This document shows positions 19,424 through 29,345 of a stretch of DNA of 64,000 nucleotides, piece after piece; position 1 is the stretch's first letter; every line of letters begins with the position of its first letter. The notes below the pieces were generated by a model. It was not told the DNA's origin. It did not search any database and saw only the letters and a program-made list of their open reading frames with translations. The stretch comes from Leptonemataceae bacterium (GTDB taxonomy: Bacteria; Spirochaetota; Leptospiria; Leptospirales; Leptonemataceae). Position numbers and translations under genes: made by a program. Location of the stretch: contig OZ245742.1 in assembly GCA_965227295.1 (NCBI GenBank), positions 992,001-1,056,000 on the forward strand. Direction: 5' to 3'.

Positions 19424-19885
19424 ATGCCGAAGCTCATCGAAGGTCACGAAGCGATCATGGGCACCATCGAGTCCCTGTGGAGTCCGCCGGAGGGCGCGCC
19501 CGAGGTCCAACTGCCGCCGCCGTCGTTCACTGAATTGCAGGGCGAGTTCGTCAGCTACGAGGCGAAACGTTCACTCACGGTCCGTTTCCCGGTTCAGAGC
19601 AAACACGTAAATCCCATGGGCCGGCTTCAGGGGGGATTCATGGCGGCCTGTATCGATGGCACGATGGGACCGCTCTCGTACCTCACGGCCGGCAAGCCGA
19701 CGACGACCCTGGATCTGGCGGTGAACTATCTACGCGGCGCCGAGCCGCCGGAGATCATCACGATCACGGCCGAGATCAAAGGCCGCGGCTTCGGCACGAT
19801 CTACCTGGAAGCGACGGTCAAGAACGCGAAGGATAAACTCGTTGCGCGGGCGACGAGTCAGGTGTTGATTCTGAAGGTGGGTTGA
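19424..19885 (+). CDS. PaaI family hotdog thioesterase
   Basis: NPMGRLQGG...ID, TTLDLAVNYLR. Confidence 0.85.
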   Translation: MPKLIEGHEAIMGTIESLWSPPEGAPEVQLPPPSFTELQGEFVSYEAKRSLTVRFPVQSKHVNPMGRLQGGFMAACIDGTMGPLSYLTAGKPTTTLDLAVNYLRGAEPPEIITITAEIKGRGFGTIYLEATVKNAKDKLVARATSQVLILKVG

Positions 19886-19975
19886 ATCTATCGCAAGGTG
19901 TTCATCGCAGAGGCGCAAAGGACGCGGAGAGCATCTGTCGTTCGAATGCAAGCAGGCTCCGGGATGGTTGCGGCG

Positions 19976-20353
19976 TCACGATTCGAGCAACCGGTACTCT
20001 GGAGGTAGCAGCAGTTCCCGCTCCTGAAATTCAAGGAGAGCTGTCTGGAGTTCTTTCGGATCGCGAATTGGCGGACACTCCAGAATTCCGAGAAGGCGAA
20101 TGTGCCGCAGTGCCCGACGCCACAAACGCAGGCGCACGCGGTTCGCCGCCGGATTCTTCAGCGCGCTGCGGTTCGGGCCGAGCTTGCCGGCGGCCCATAG
20201 CTGCACCGCCTCAGGATCGTCTTCCATCCAGGCCTGGTCTGCAATCGCACCAATCCCTCGCACCACCGAAGTGACCGCGCAGCTCGCCCCGGGCTGGAAT
20301 TCTCCGCGATTGAAGAAGACATCACGACCAATCGTGAACGCCCGGGCATGCAC
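19976..20353 (-). pseudogene. Probable gene remnant beginning with a DUF4157 (eCIS core) fragment
   Basis: HARAFTIGRDVFFNRGEFQPG matches the DUF4157 motif, but the following HELxH segment is absent. Confidence 0.45.
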
Positions 20354-20398
20354 GGCGTCCGTGGCTAAGTGTACGCGCTCATCATTGTGGTGGCATAT

Positions 20399-22927
20399 CT
20401 ACCATCCCTCTCGCCCGCGTACCGGTTCGCCGCGTTTTTCAAACGCCTGCGGCACGCTGCGGCGGAGCAGGTCCATCATGTCGCTGAAGTACTCTACGTT
20501 CAGACCTTCGCGCACGTGTTCTGGAATCTCTTCGTACTCCGGGCGGTTCTTCTCCGGCAAAAGCACCGTTTCGAGACCGGCGGCCTTCGCGGCCAGGATC
20601 TTCTCCTTGATCCCGCCCACCGGCAACACGCGACCGCGCAGACTGATCTCGCCGGTCATGGCCACGTCTTCCTTCACGGTCACGCCGGTGAAGAGCGAAG
20701 CGAGGGCCGAGAGCATGGTCACGCCCGCCGACGGTCCGTCTTTCGGAATGGCACCGCTGGGAACGTGGATGTGAACGTCGCGCTTCGAAAAGATTTCCGC
20801 ATCGAGCCCCAGGGTCTTACTGTGACTGCGCAAGAACGACAGGGCCGCCAGCGCCGACTCTTTCATGACGTCGCCGAGTTGGCCCGAGAGTTTCAGGTCG
20901 CCCTTGCCGGGATACGCCATGGCTTCAATGAACAGAATGTCTCCGCCCACCGGCGTCCAGGCGAGCCCCGTGGCCACGCCGGGAATGCCCGAGTTCTCTT
21001 TCAGATCGCGATGAAAACGATCCCGGCCGAGCAACTTGCGCACGTCGTCCCGATCGTAGACGACCTTCTTGAGTTGCCGCGACGGCGCCGTTTCTTCAGC
21101 GACGTGCGTCGTCGATGCGTGCTCCCCCGGAGCCTGGTCGCTCACCGGCAAATTCGTCACCGACACGACGCCGCTCACGCCGTCGTCGCCCTGTTGTTCC
21201 AGGTCTTCCATAATCTCGCGCACGGCTTTGCGCGCGAGGCTTTCTAACTTACGCTTAAGAGATCTTACGCCCGCTTCTCGCGTATGCGCGGTAATCACCA
21301 GGTCCAGACCGGCGTCCGTGAGGGCGATCTGGTCCTCGGCAAACTTCAGATCGTGAATGATCTTCGGCAGCAGGTGCTTCTTTGCGATGGCGCGCTTTTC
21401 TTCGAGGGTGTAGCCGGAAATCTGTACCACCTCCATGCGATCCAGCAACGGCAGCGGGATCGTATCCATGCTGTTCGCCGTGCAGATGAACAACACCCGC
21501 GAAAGATCATACGAATGCGCGAGATAGTGGTCCTCGAAGCTCTGGTTCTGCTCCGGATCGAGAACCTCCAGCAACGCCGCGGACGGATCGCCGTGGAATG
21601 ACTGACCGGTTTTGTCGATCTCGTCGAGCAGGAAGACCGGGTCGCGGCTCTCCGCCTTTTTCATGGCGGAGAGAATCTTACCCGGCAGCGCGCCGACGTA
21701 CGTGCGGCGGTGTCCGCGAATCTCCGCTTCGTCGCGCACACCGCCCAGGGCCGCGCGTACCAGGGGACGGCCCACGGCCCGCGCAATCGAGGACGCCAGG
21801 GAGGTCTTGCCGACCCCCGGCGGGCCCACGAGACACAGAATGGGTGCGCGAGAACCGCCGGTCTGTTTCTCCACGGCCAGGAATTCCAGAATGCGTTTCT
21901 TGACTTCTTCCAGACCCTCGTGGTCTTCTTCTAATATTCGCTCAGCGTTCTTTAGAGAAATACTGCGACCTTCCGGGTCTTCCCAGGGCAGCTCCGCGAC
22001 CAGTTCCAGCCAGTTGCGAATTTGCGCGGCTTCCATGCCGCCGCCGTGGGGACCTTCCTGCATGCGGCGCAAGCGCTTGAGTTCTTTGTCCACGGCCTTG
22101 CGCATGTACTCCGGCAACGGCTTTTCGGCGAGCTGGCCCTCCAGTTCGTCGGTGTCGTCGTCGTCGGACTCGCCCAGTTCTTTGCGAATCTGCTCCATCT
22201 GTTTGCGCAGATAGAACTCGCGCTGCATTTTGCCGGTGTCTTCTTCGACTTTCTCGCGGACCTCTTTCTCCATTTTCATCTGATTCGTGTCTTCGATCAG
22301 ACTCTCTTTCAGGAGGCGCATCTTTTCGGCGACCGAAGAGATGCGTAAAAAGTTGATCTTCTCGGCCATCTCGCGCTGAGAAAAGAACACGATTTGATTG
22401 GCGAGGGCGCTGGGATTCGTCAGCCGCTTTACGAAACTCGTGATCTCGTCCGGGATTCCCGGGTGCATCTTGACGTAGCGAATGACCAATTCCTGAAATT
22501 CCAGGAAATCCTGTTCGCTGGAATCCGGAATCTCGCCGAGCGGCGTAATGCGCGCGCGGAGGTACGGCTCGTCTTGAATGACCTTGAGCAGTTCGATCTT
22601 CTGCACGCCCTGGAGCAACACCTGGTAACCGCCCTCGCCCATGGGAATGATGCGATGGACCTCCGCCAGGGTGCCGGTGGTATGCAGATCCTTTTGTGAT
22701 ACCTTTTCATCCTGGGGGGACTTCTGGGTGAATAGCGCCACGAGCTTGCCCGGCTCACCCTCGGCCTCGACCAGGTTTACGGACTCCGTGCGGCCGACGA
22801 AGATCGGCAGAAGTACGCCCGGCAGTACTACGGCGTTCCGCAACGGGATGAGCGGAACTTCCCGGGGGATCTCTTCCAGATCGATTTCGGTCAGGTTCTG
22901 GTCGGCGTAACGAATGACGGAACTCAT
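20399..22927 (-). CDS. lon: ATP-dependent Lon protease
   Basis: LON N-domain, GPPGVGKTS, RRTYVGALPG, LLDEIDK, PKDGPSAG, TGEISLRGRVLPVGGIKEK. Confidence 0.97.
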   Translation of the reverse strand: MSSVIRYADQNLTEIDLEEIPREVPLIPLRNAVVLPGVLLPIFVGRTESVNLVEAEGEPGKLVALFTQKSPQDEKVSQKDLHTTGTLAEVHRIIPMGEGGYQVLLQGVQKIELLKVIQDEPYLRARITPLGEIPDSSEQDFLEFQELVIRYVKMHPGIPDEITSFVKRLTNPSALANQIVFFSQREMAEKINFLRISSVAEKMRLLKESLIEDTNQMKMEKEVREKVEEDTGKMQREFYLRKQMEQIRKELGESDDDDTDELEGQLAEKPLPEYMRKAVDKELKRLRRMQEGPHGGGMEAAQIRNWLELVAELPWEDPEGRSISLKNAERILEEDHEGLEEVKKRILEFLAVEKQTGGSRAPILCLVGPPGVGKTSLASSIARAVGRPLVRAALGGVRDEAEIRGHRRTYVGALPGKILSAMKKAESRDPVFLLDEIDKTGQSFHGDPSAALLEVLDPEQNQSFEDHYLAHSYDLSRVLFICTANSMDTIPLPLLDRMEVVQISGYTLEEKRAIAKKHLLPKIIHDLKFAEDQIALTDAGLDLVITAHTREAGVRSLKRKLESLARKAVREIMEDLEQQGDDGVSGVVSVTNLPVSDQAPGEHASTTHVAEETAPSRQLKKVVYDRDDVRKLLGRDRFHRDLKENSGIPGVATGLAWTPVGGDILFIEAMAYPGKGDLKLSGQLGDVMKESALAALSFLRSHSKTLGLDAEIFSKRDVHIHVPSGAIPKDGPSAGVTMLSALASLFTGVTVKEDVAMTGEISLRGRVLPVGGIKEKILAAKAAGLETVLLPEKNRPEYEEIPEHVREGLNVEYFSDMMDLLRRSVPQAFEKRGEPVRGREGW

Positions 22928-23262
22928 GAATAATACCTCGTGCTCTGCTTAATGTAACGATCGTACCGGAATTGGCCGCAAGGGCTTTGCCGGAGTGAAT
23001 CAGCGGGGAATGCAGGTTTTGTGCCCGGTGGACTCTCCGGCATTCCGGCTCAGGACCCGGTGCAGGGAGGCCCCGCTGCCGTATCGGCAGGCGGCTGCCA
23101 TTGTGACAGCGTGCACGAAACTATCCAGCGCTTCTGCGGGGAATATTTACAGCCAGCGCCACGGCCCAATGCTTGCCAGATTAGACGCCGAGACCTACGA
23201 AATGCGTCAAAAAATCCGACCGGCAGGCTCATGCCGCCCGTCAAAATCTCGATACAGGTAAT

Positions 23263-24414
23263 ATGATGATGAACTGGAAATATCGAATGCGTCGCGGCTA
23301 TGTCTATGCAACGGCTTTGCTGGCCGTCTTCATACTCACGCCGATGATGCCGGCCCTGGCCGAAGTGGACCGTGAGGTGCCCGAGCACCTGAGAGCCCCC
23401 GAGGGCGTGGACGAGTCCGAGTTCCGCAAGATCTACCGCGAAGGCACGAACCTCCAGCTGATCTACCGCGCCATTTACGAGGACGTCCGCCCGTCGGTGG
23501 TCCGCATCGTGGCCGAGGTCACCCCCCGGCGCGGGCAACAGGTCCCTGAAATTTTCAACGATCCTTTTTTCCGGAAGTTCTTTCCCGCGCCGCCGAAGCA
23601 GAGCCGCAAGATGACCTCGTTCGGTACCGGCTTTATTATTGATGAAAGCGGCTTGATCGTTACCAACAGCCACGTTGTCGGTGATGCGACGGTTGTTAAA
23701 ATCCATCTCCACGACGGCCGCGAGCTGGACGGACGCGTGAAGGGCGGCGACGAACTCACCGACGTGGCGCTGGTCGAACTCAAAGGGGTCTCGGACTTAA
23801 AGGCCGTGAAGTTCGGCGACTCCGAGGGCATCAAGGTCGGCGACATCGCCATTGCCGTGGGCAACCCCTTCGGTCTTGACGGTACGTTTACGACTGGAGT
23901 CATCTCCGGGTTGCACCGCGCGAACCTCGACGAAAGCGGCCTGCGTTTTATTCAAACCGACGCTTCCATTAACCAGGGCAACTCCGGCGGCCCGCTCCTG
24001 AACCTGCGCGGTGAAGTCATCGGCATCAATCGCATGATCTACTCGCCCAGCGGCGGTTCCATCGGCATCGGTTTCGCGATTCCCCTCGGTGAAGTGCAAC
24101 CGGTCATCAAACAGCTTGCGTCGAAAGGCCAGGTCGATCGACCGCTGCTCGGCGTAAAGATCGACGCCGCCCGTGCGGACCGCGGCGCCCAGGTGCCCGG
24201 GGCGTTAGTGGTCGAAGTCATCGGTGGATCATCGGCGCACGACGCCGGCATCATCGCCGGCGATCTCATCGTTAAGATCGACGGAACGCGCATTAAGTCG
24301 CCGGTGGATCTGGTGCGCTACATTCAGTCACGTACGATCGGCGACAGCGTCGAGATTGAATTGATGCGGAAGGACCAGGCCGTGAAGGTCGAGGCGAAGC
24401 TGAAGAAGATGTAA
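23263..24414 (+). CDS. HtrA/DegP-like trypsin protease with one PDZ domain
   Basis: Signal peptide; triad TNSHVV, DVA, NQGNSGGPL; C-terminal PDZ. Confidence 0.92.
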   Translation: MMMNWKYRMRRGYVYATALLAVFILTPMMPALAEVDREVPEHLRAPEGVDESEFRKIYREGTNLQLIYRAIYEDVRPSVVRIVAEVTPRRGQQVPEIFNDPFFRKFFPAPPKQSRKMTSFGTGFIIDESGLIVTNSHVVGDATVVKIHLHDGRELDGRVKGGDELTDVALVELKGVSDLKAVKFGDSEGIKVGDIAIAVGNPFGLDGTFTTGVISGLHRANLDESGLRFIQTDASINQGNSGGPLLNLRGEVIGINRMIYSPSGGSIGIGFAIPLGEVQPVIKQLASKGQVDRPLLGVKIDAARADRGAQVPGALVVEVIGGSSAHDAGIIAGDLIVKIDGTRIKSPVDLVRYIQSRTIGDSVEIELMRKDQAVKVEAKLKKM

Positions 24415-24429
24415 GATCGACCGCGAGGA

Positions 24430-25554
24430 TCAGCGTGCCCGGATGCTCCGGGCACGGTACTCGCGCGGGGTCATGCCGGTCGTGCGACGGAACGCTCGAT
24501 TGAACGTGGCCTTGGAGCTGAAGCCGACTTCCAGGGCGATGTTTAGCACGGTCTGTTGCGTATCTTCGGCTAGCAGTCGGCGCGCTTCTACGATCCGGTA
24601 GCCGTTCACGTAATTGACGAAGCTCTGTTTCCGTATCCGATTCAAGAGTTCCGACAACTGATGCGGTGAAATTCCCAGGCGTTCGGCTACCTCGACCATC
24701 GTCAGTCCCGGCTCTCGATACAGTCCGTCTTCCGTCATGAGGCGGTCGAGTCTGGCCAGCGTTGATTCCGTGTCCACGCCGGGCAGTTTCGATTTCCCGC
24801 GCCGGGCCGCGCCTTCAACCATCGCCGCGATGGGTCCATACGAATGCCGCAACAAAAACAAGAGCACCGCGCCCGCTATGGCGACGGGCAATGCGAGCCG
24901 GTAAATCGCGTCCAGCGGCCAGAACTGGTGAATCAACGCGCCCAGCATGGCAAGCATCCAACTACCCAGAACCCAACTCAGCAGCAGTACGACGCGCGGT
25001 TCACCACTCGCGTAGAATCGCCGCAATAACAGCGTCAGGATGTAGCCGACGAAGGAGAACTTCGGCAACGTCAGTACGAAGTAAGCAGCCCGATCGTACC
25101 ATCTTCCCAGGTAAGTACTCCCCGCCGCTCCCGCAAACTCCAGCCAGCTGAGATCGTGGATGCGTCGGTCCAGGTCGTGTTTGTACTCGGCCGGCGCAAA
25201 GTAGAGCGGCAAAAGAAAAAGCAGCGACATGAGTGCGGGTAGAAAGTGCAAGCCGATGCGCCTTTTCGGCAACGGCCCGGCCGCCGTTCGAAAATGCAGC
25301 CAGAGCGCAGGACCGGTCGCGTACGCCGGTGGAATCTGCACGAATCGGAAATGCGGATACCGGTCCAGGATTCCGAGGACGGCGAAAGCCGTGATGAACA
25401 TCCACAGGCTGATGGTGAACCAGAACAGCGCGATAAAAAAAGATTCCTGCGTGCGTCGCGGACCGATCAACAGCGACGTCGCGAGCAGCGTACCGTAGCC
25501 GCAGCCGAAGGCCGCAACAACGAGCCACGCCAGGTCGATCAACGACCAGATCAT
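24430..25554 (-). CDS. Membrane-anchored AraC-family transcriptional regulator
   Basis: Multi-TM N-half; C-terminal HQLSELLN...FVNYVNGYR...IALEVGFSSKATFNRAFRRTTGMTPREYR; ATG at 25554 with AGGAGAG RBS. Confidence 0.9.
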   Translation of the reverse strand: MIWSLIDLAWLVVAAFGCGYGTLLATSLLIGPRRTQESFFIALFWFTISLWMFITAFAVLGILDRYPHFRFVQIPPAYATGPALWLHFRTAAGPLPKRRIGLHFLPALMSLLFLLPLYFAPAEYKHDLDRRIHDLSWLEFAGAAGSTYLGRWYDRAAYFVLTLPKFSFVGYILTLLLRRFYASGEPRVVLLLSWVLGSWMLAMLGALIHQFWPLDAIYRLALPVAIAGAVLLFLLRHSYGPIAAMVEGAARRGKSKLPGVDTESTLARLDRLMTEDGLYREPGLTMVEVAERLGISPHQLSELLNRIRKQSFVNYVNGYRIVEARRLLAEDTQQTVLNIALEVGFSSKATFNRAFRRTTGMTPREYRARSIRAR

Positions 25555-25596
25555 GTGCGCCCCTCTCCTTTGCACAACACGCGGTAAAAAAAACGG

Positions 25597-25614
25597 CTCA
25601 ATCTATAGATTGAG
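25597..25614. promoter_or_regulatory. Perfect 18-bp palindrome, candidate operator in a divergent promoter
   Basis: CTCAATCTATAGATTGAG is its own reverse complement and lies between the AraC and LruC-like genes. Confidence 0.55.
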
Positions 25615-25711
25615 GCGATTGGCGATGCGAAACCAGCCACAATGTCCAATCTGAAAAAGCCCGTGCGAGATCAGCAAGCAGAAGATCGGCCGGATCACAG
25701 GATTGTAAACA

Positions 25712-28633
25712 ATGAATATAAATCTAAGTTCTGTTGTACTCATATTAGTGATTTCTATCGCAGGTGCCGGTTGCGCCCGGGACGATTGGTCTACGGCACG
25801 CCGCGGAGATGCCGGGACTGAGACTGCCGCCGCCGTGGCGGTTTCCGATGCGTTCCTTCCGCTTCCCGGTGGAGAGCCCGAGGCCTACGCCATGGAGATT
25901 CGCGACATCCGCGGCGAAGCGGACTTCGCATTCGAAACGACCCGAACGGCCGATCTCCACGTTTCGCTGGCCATCGCCGGCGAGGCCGAACCGAACCGAC
26001 TCGTGCAGCTGCGCGAAGTCCGCAGCGGTCGACCGGGGCGCGTGCTCTTTCGCGCGCTTACGAATCATGCCGGGGCGGTAAACGGCAATCTCACGGTTGC
26101 CAACGCCGACCAGGACGCACAACTGGATTTCGAATGCGGCGGCCGCGTGTACGCCGTGCCCGTTGCACTGGACGATCTCAAGAAAATGGACCGGCGCATC
26201 GACGTGAACGCTGCAGCCGTATTGAATGCCGCGGCCCTGGCGGACGCGGATGGCGACGGCGTCCCCGACGAAGCCGACGATTTCCCGAACGACGCCGATC
26301 GGGCGACGCGCGTACTGTTTCCCACCGACGGACGTTACACCGTTGCTTTTGAAGATCTCTATCCGAAGAAAGGCGACGCGGACTTCAACGACTACGTCAT
26401 CCAGGCGCGGCAGGAGGAACACCTCAACCCGGCAGGGGACGTGGTACGCATCTTCGGTTCCTACCGCCATGTTGCGAAGGCGGCCGGTTACAATCACGTG
26501 TTGCGACTTACGCTACCGGTCGCCGCGGCGGAGTACACGCTTACGCGCTACGGCCAGGACGGCGCCCTTGTGTCCACGACAGTGGACCGCGCCGCGCCCT
26601 TCGAAAACGTCACGATCACCGACCGCAGTGATCGTACGATCGCGCAGTCCAACGCGCACGCCGGTCAGGACTTCATGCCCGGCGATCTTTTTGAAATTGA
26701 CATCGTTCCGGATGCGCCTGTGCGAAAGGAAGATCTGGGCGGTGCCCCGTACGATCTGCACATCTTCGTGGTAAGCACAGGACGCGAGATTCACTTCGCG
26801 GGCAAATTTTTCGACGACGACGACTCCGACCTCTACCTGGACAATGACGGCTTTCCCTGGGCGTTGCTGGTGCCGGTGGACTGGCGCTGGATGTACGAGA
26901 CCCAGGATATCTTCGTGGCCTACGAATTCTTCGAAGATTGGTACACATCGAACGGAACGAACCACGCGGACTGGTACAACTTTCCGGACTTGAGCGTGGC
27001 CTTTGAGAACGTACAGACGCACTATTCCGACGAGCCGCTGTTTACGCCGCCGCCCGGCCTGGATCCGGCACACTTTCAGATTTCGCGATCTATGCGTCCC
27101 GTGCCGGTGCGCATCAACTCGTGCTATATTCCCGTCGGCGCGTTGTACGCGATTGAACCTCTGAGCGGCATGCCGGTTTTTCCGTCTCCCGGAGAACTGC
27201 AATTTGAGTATGATCGGGCGAAGCTGATTGACGCCGGTTTTTCGGAAACGTTCGCCGTATACGCGTACGACTCCGCCGCGAACACCTACGCTCAGGTACC
27301 GATGATCCAGATCGATTCGGCGGCGGGCCTGGTGCGGGCTCCGGCCAATGCCGTCGGCGCCTACATTCTCACGGTGCTGAACTTTCCGTCGATCGACGGT
27401 GACGATTCCTGCGAACCGGCGCCCACCGAATATCCGCCGGGAGTGGTCTCTGTAGTTCCGCAATCGAATAGCGGAGTGCCGAATGACATTGTAATCAACG
27501 GCGACGGGCGCTTCGTGGCTTTTCGGTCTTCCGCGAGCGACCTCGTACCGGGAGATACGAATGTCGCGGACGACATCTTCGTCTATGACCGCCAGACCGA
27601 CACGACCACCCGCGTTTCGGTGTCTTCGGATGGAAGCCAGGCGAACGCTCAGTCATTCGAACCAGCCCTGAGCGCTGACGGACGTATGGTCGCGTTCCGA
27701 TCGAACGCCACGAATCTCGTCACCGCGAGCGCGAGCTACGGCATCTTCGTCCACGATCGCCAGACCCATCAAACGACCCTCGTCTCGGTGACCTCGGACG
27801 GAACACCGGCGAACGGTGCTTCTTACTTTCCGTCGATCAGCGCGGACGGACGGTTCGTTGCATTTCAATCATTTGCGACCAACCTCGTGCCCGGAGATAC
27901 GAACGGGCAGTACGATATTTTCGTGCACGATCGCCAGACCGGTACGACGACGCGCGTGTCGATTGCTTCCGACGGCACCGAGGCGAATAACGCATCCGGC
28001 GCCCCGAGCCTGAACGCCGACGGACGGTATGTGGTCTTTCAGTCCCAGGCCTCCAATCTGGTTTCCGGTCGCAACGGTATTTTCGTACACGATATGCAAA
28101 CGGGCTCCACAACCCATGTCTCGGTCGCCTCGGACGGAACGCCCGGTTCCCCGATTCCCGTCGCCCATTATACCAGCCCGTCCATGAGCAACGATGGGCG
28201 ACTCGTGGTCTTCCAATCCTCGGCGGCGAATCTGGTCCCGGGCGATACGAACAGCCAATTCGACATATTCGTACACGATCGCCAGACGGGTACAACGAGG
28301 CGAGTATCGGTTGCTTCCGACGGAACACAGTCCAACCGCTCGTCCTTCGAACCCTCCATGAGCACCGACGGCCGCTACGTGACGTTTCACTCGACGGCCG
28401 CGGCTCTCGTCCCGGGGGCGCCGTCGTTCGGGAACCAGGTCTACGTCCATGACCTGCAAACCGGCGTGACCTCGCGCGTCTCGGCCGCGGCGGACGGAAC
28501 GCCCGGCGACAGTTCCTCTATGATGGCCCGGATCAGTGGGGACGGTCGCTACGTCGTCTTCCGGTCCAACGCCACGAACCTGATACCGGGAGTTACAAGC
28601 GGCACGAACATACTCGTGTTTCCGAATCCGTAA
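25712..28633 (+). CDS. LruC/DUF4842-domain lipoprotein with a C-terminal 7-repeat TolB/PD40-like beta-propeller
   Basis: Lipobox AGAGC; DADGDGVPD..DDFPND; AFEDLYP..GDADFND; GFPWALLVP; seven PS.S.DGR.V.F.S repeats. Confidence 0.85.
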   Translation: MNINLSSVVLILVISIAGAGCARDDWSTARRGDAGTETAAAVAVSDAFLPLPGGEPEAYAMEIRDIRGEADFAFETTRTADLHVSLAIAGEAEPNRLVQLREVRSGRPGRVLFRALTNHAGAVNGNLTVANADQDAQLDFECGGRVYAVPVALDDLKKMDRRIDVNAAAVLNAAALADADGDGVPDEADDFPNDADRATRVLFPTDGRYTVAFEDLYPKKGDADFNDYVIQARQEEHLNPAGDVVRIFGSYRHVAKAAGYNHVLRLTLPVAAAEYTLTRYGQDGALVSTTVDRAAPFENVTITDRSDRTIAQSNAHAGQDFMPGDLFEIDIVPDAPVRKEDLGGAPYDLHIFVVSTGREIHFAGKFFDDDDSDLYLDNDGFPWALLVPVDWRWMYETQDIFVAYEFFEDWYTSNGTNHADWYNFPDLSVAFENVQTHYSDEPLFTPPPGLDPAHFQISRSMRPVPVRINSCYIPVGALYAIEPLSGMPVFPSPGELQFEYDRAKLIDAGFSETFAVYAYDSAANTYAQVPMIQIDSAAGLVRAPANAVGAYILTVLNFPSIDGDDSCEPAPTEYPPGVVSVVPQSNSGVPNDIVINGDGRFVAFRSSASDLVPGDTNVADDIFVYDRQTDTTTRVSVSSDGSQANAQSFEPALSADGRMVAFRSNATNLVTASASYGIFVHDRQTHQTTLVSVTSDGTPANGASYFPSISADGRFVAFQSFATNLVPGDTNGQYDIFVHDRQTGTTTRVSIASDGTEANNASGAPSLNADGRYVVFQSQASNLVSGRNGIFVHDMQTGSTTHVSVASDGTPGSPIPVAHYTSPSMSNDGRLVVFQSSAANLVPGDTNSQFDIFVHDRQTGTTRRVSVASDGTQSNRSSFEPSMSTDGRYVTFHSTAAALVPGAPSFGNQVYVHDLQTGVTSRVSAAADGTPGDSSSMMARISGDGRYVVFRSNATNLIPGVTSGTNILVFPNP

Positions 28634-28670
28634 CGAAGTTCGAACGAAAATATTTTAACAGGAGCAACAG

Positions 28671-29333
28671 ATGAGTACGATGATAGAACGAGTTGTAAAT
28701 CATGGAGCTTTGCTCGCAACCGGCGCGGTCCTCGTGCTGCTGACCGGCTGCACGTCATTGGTTCCCGTAAAAAATCAGCTCAACGAAGCGAAGAAAGTCA
28801 TGATCGCCCCGGACCAAACTGTGGTGTACGTCACGCATGATTTCGCGCTGGAAAAACCGGATGACCGTTGGAAACTCGAAGAACTCCACGATCACGTCTA
28901 TGCACCGCGTCGCTCACTGAAGAGCGCATTGGAGGAATCTTACGACGGCATCGAAGTGCTTATCTCCGATGAAGAACTGCCGGGTTATTCCGATTTGTAT
29001 CACGAGTATACGGCGAAGGCCGCAGAGTCCGGCGTGGATACGGTCATTTCTTACAGGCCCTACGTATCGCTGTATCGCAAAGAGGACGGCACATGCACGC
29101 TGAGCCTGACGGCGAACATCTCGTTCTATGGTAAGCCGGGTAAGGTTCTCGGCAAGAAAACCTTCAGGGTCGGCAAGGTGGAAGCGACCTACAGCGGCAG
29201 CGACTGTAGTGTCGAGAACTCAAAAGAACTGCTCCAGGTCTCCGGCGTAAGAGGGCTCCTGAAGAAGTTCTCGAACGCCGTGGGCGAGGATATGCAATCA
29301 CGCGTCATTCCGGAGATCAAGGCGGCGCAGTGA
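28671..29333 (+). CDS. Hypothetical lipoprotein
   Basis: AGGAG RBS; signal peptide with LLTGC lipobox. Confidence 0.7.
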   Translation: MSTMIERVVNHGALLATGAVLVLLTGCTSLVPVKNQLNEAKKVMIAPDQTVVYVTHDFALEKPDDRWKLEELHDHVYAPRRSLKSALEESYDGIEVLISDEELPGYSDLYHEYTAKAAESGVDTVISYRPYVSLYRKEDGTCTLSLTANISFYGKPGKVLGKKTFRVGKVEATYSGSDCSVENSKELLQVSGVRGLLKKFSNAVGEDMQSRVIPEIKAAQ

Positions 29334-29345
29334 TCGATAGCGGCG

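Noticed and set aside
21070-21210. About 40-aa insertion in Lon between the AAA+ and protease domains
   Set aside because: No intein termini or endonuclease motifs; it looks like a disordered linker
22928-23262. Possible CIRCE or ncRNA in the lon/htrA divergent spacer
   Set aside because: No TTAGCACTC-N9-GAGTGCTAA and no convincing structured RNA seen
27480-28600. Tandem ~160-bp DNA repeats resembling an array
   Set aside because: They are degenerate in-frame beta-propeller repeats, with no identical repeat/spacer pattern and no cas genes, so not CRISPR or a diversity-generating template
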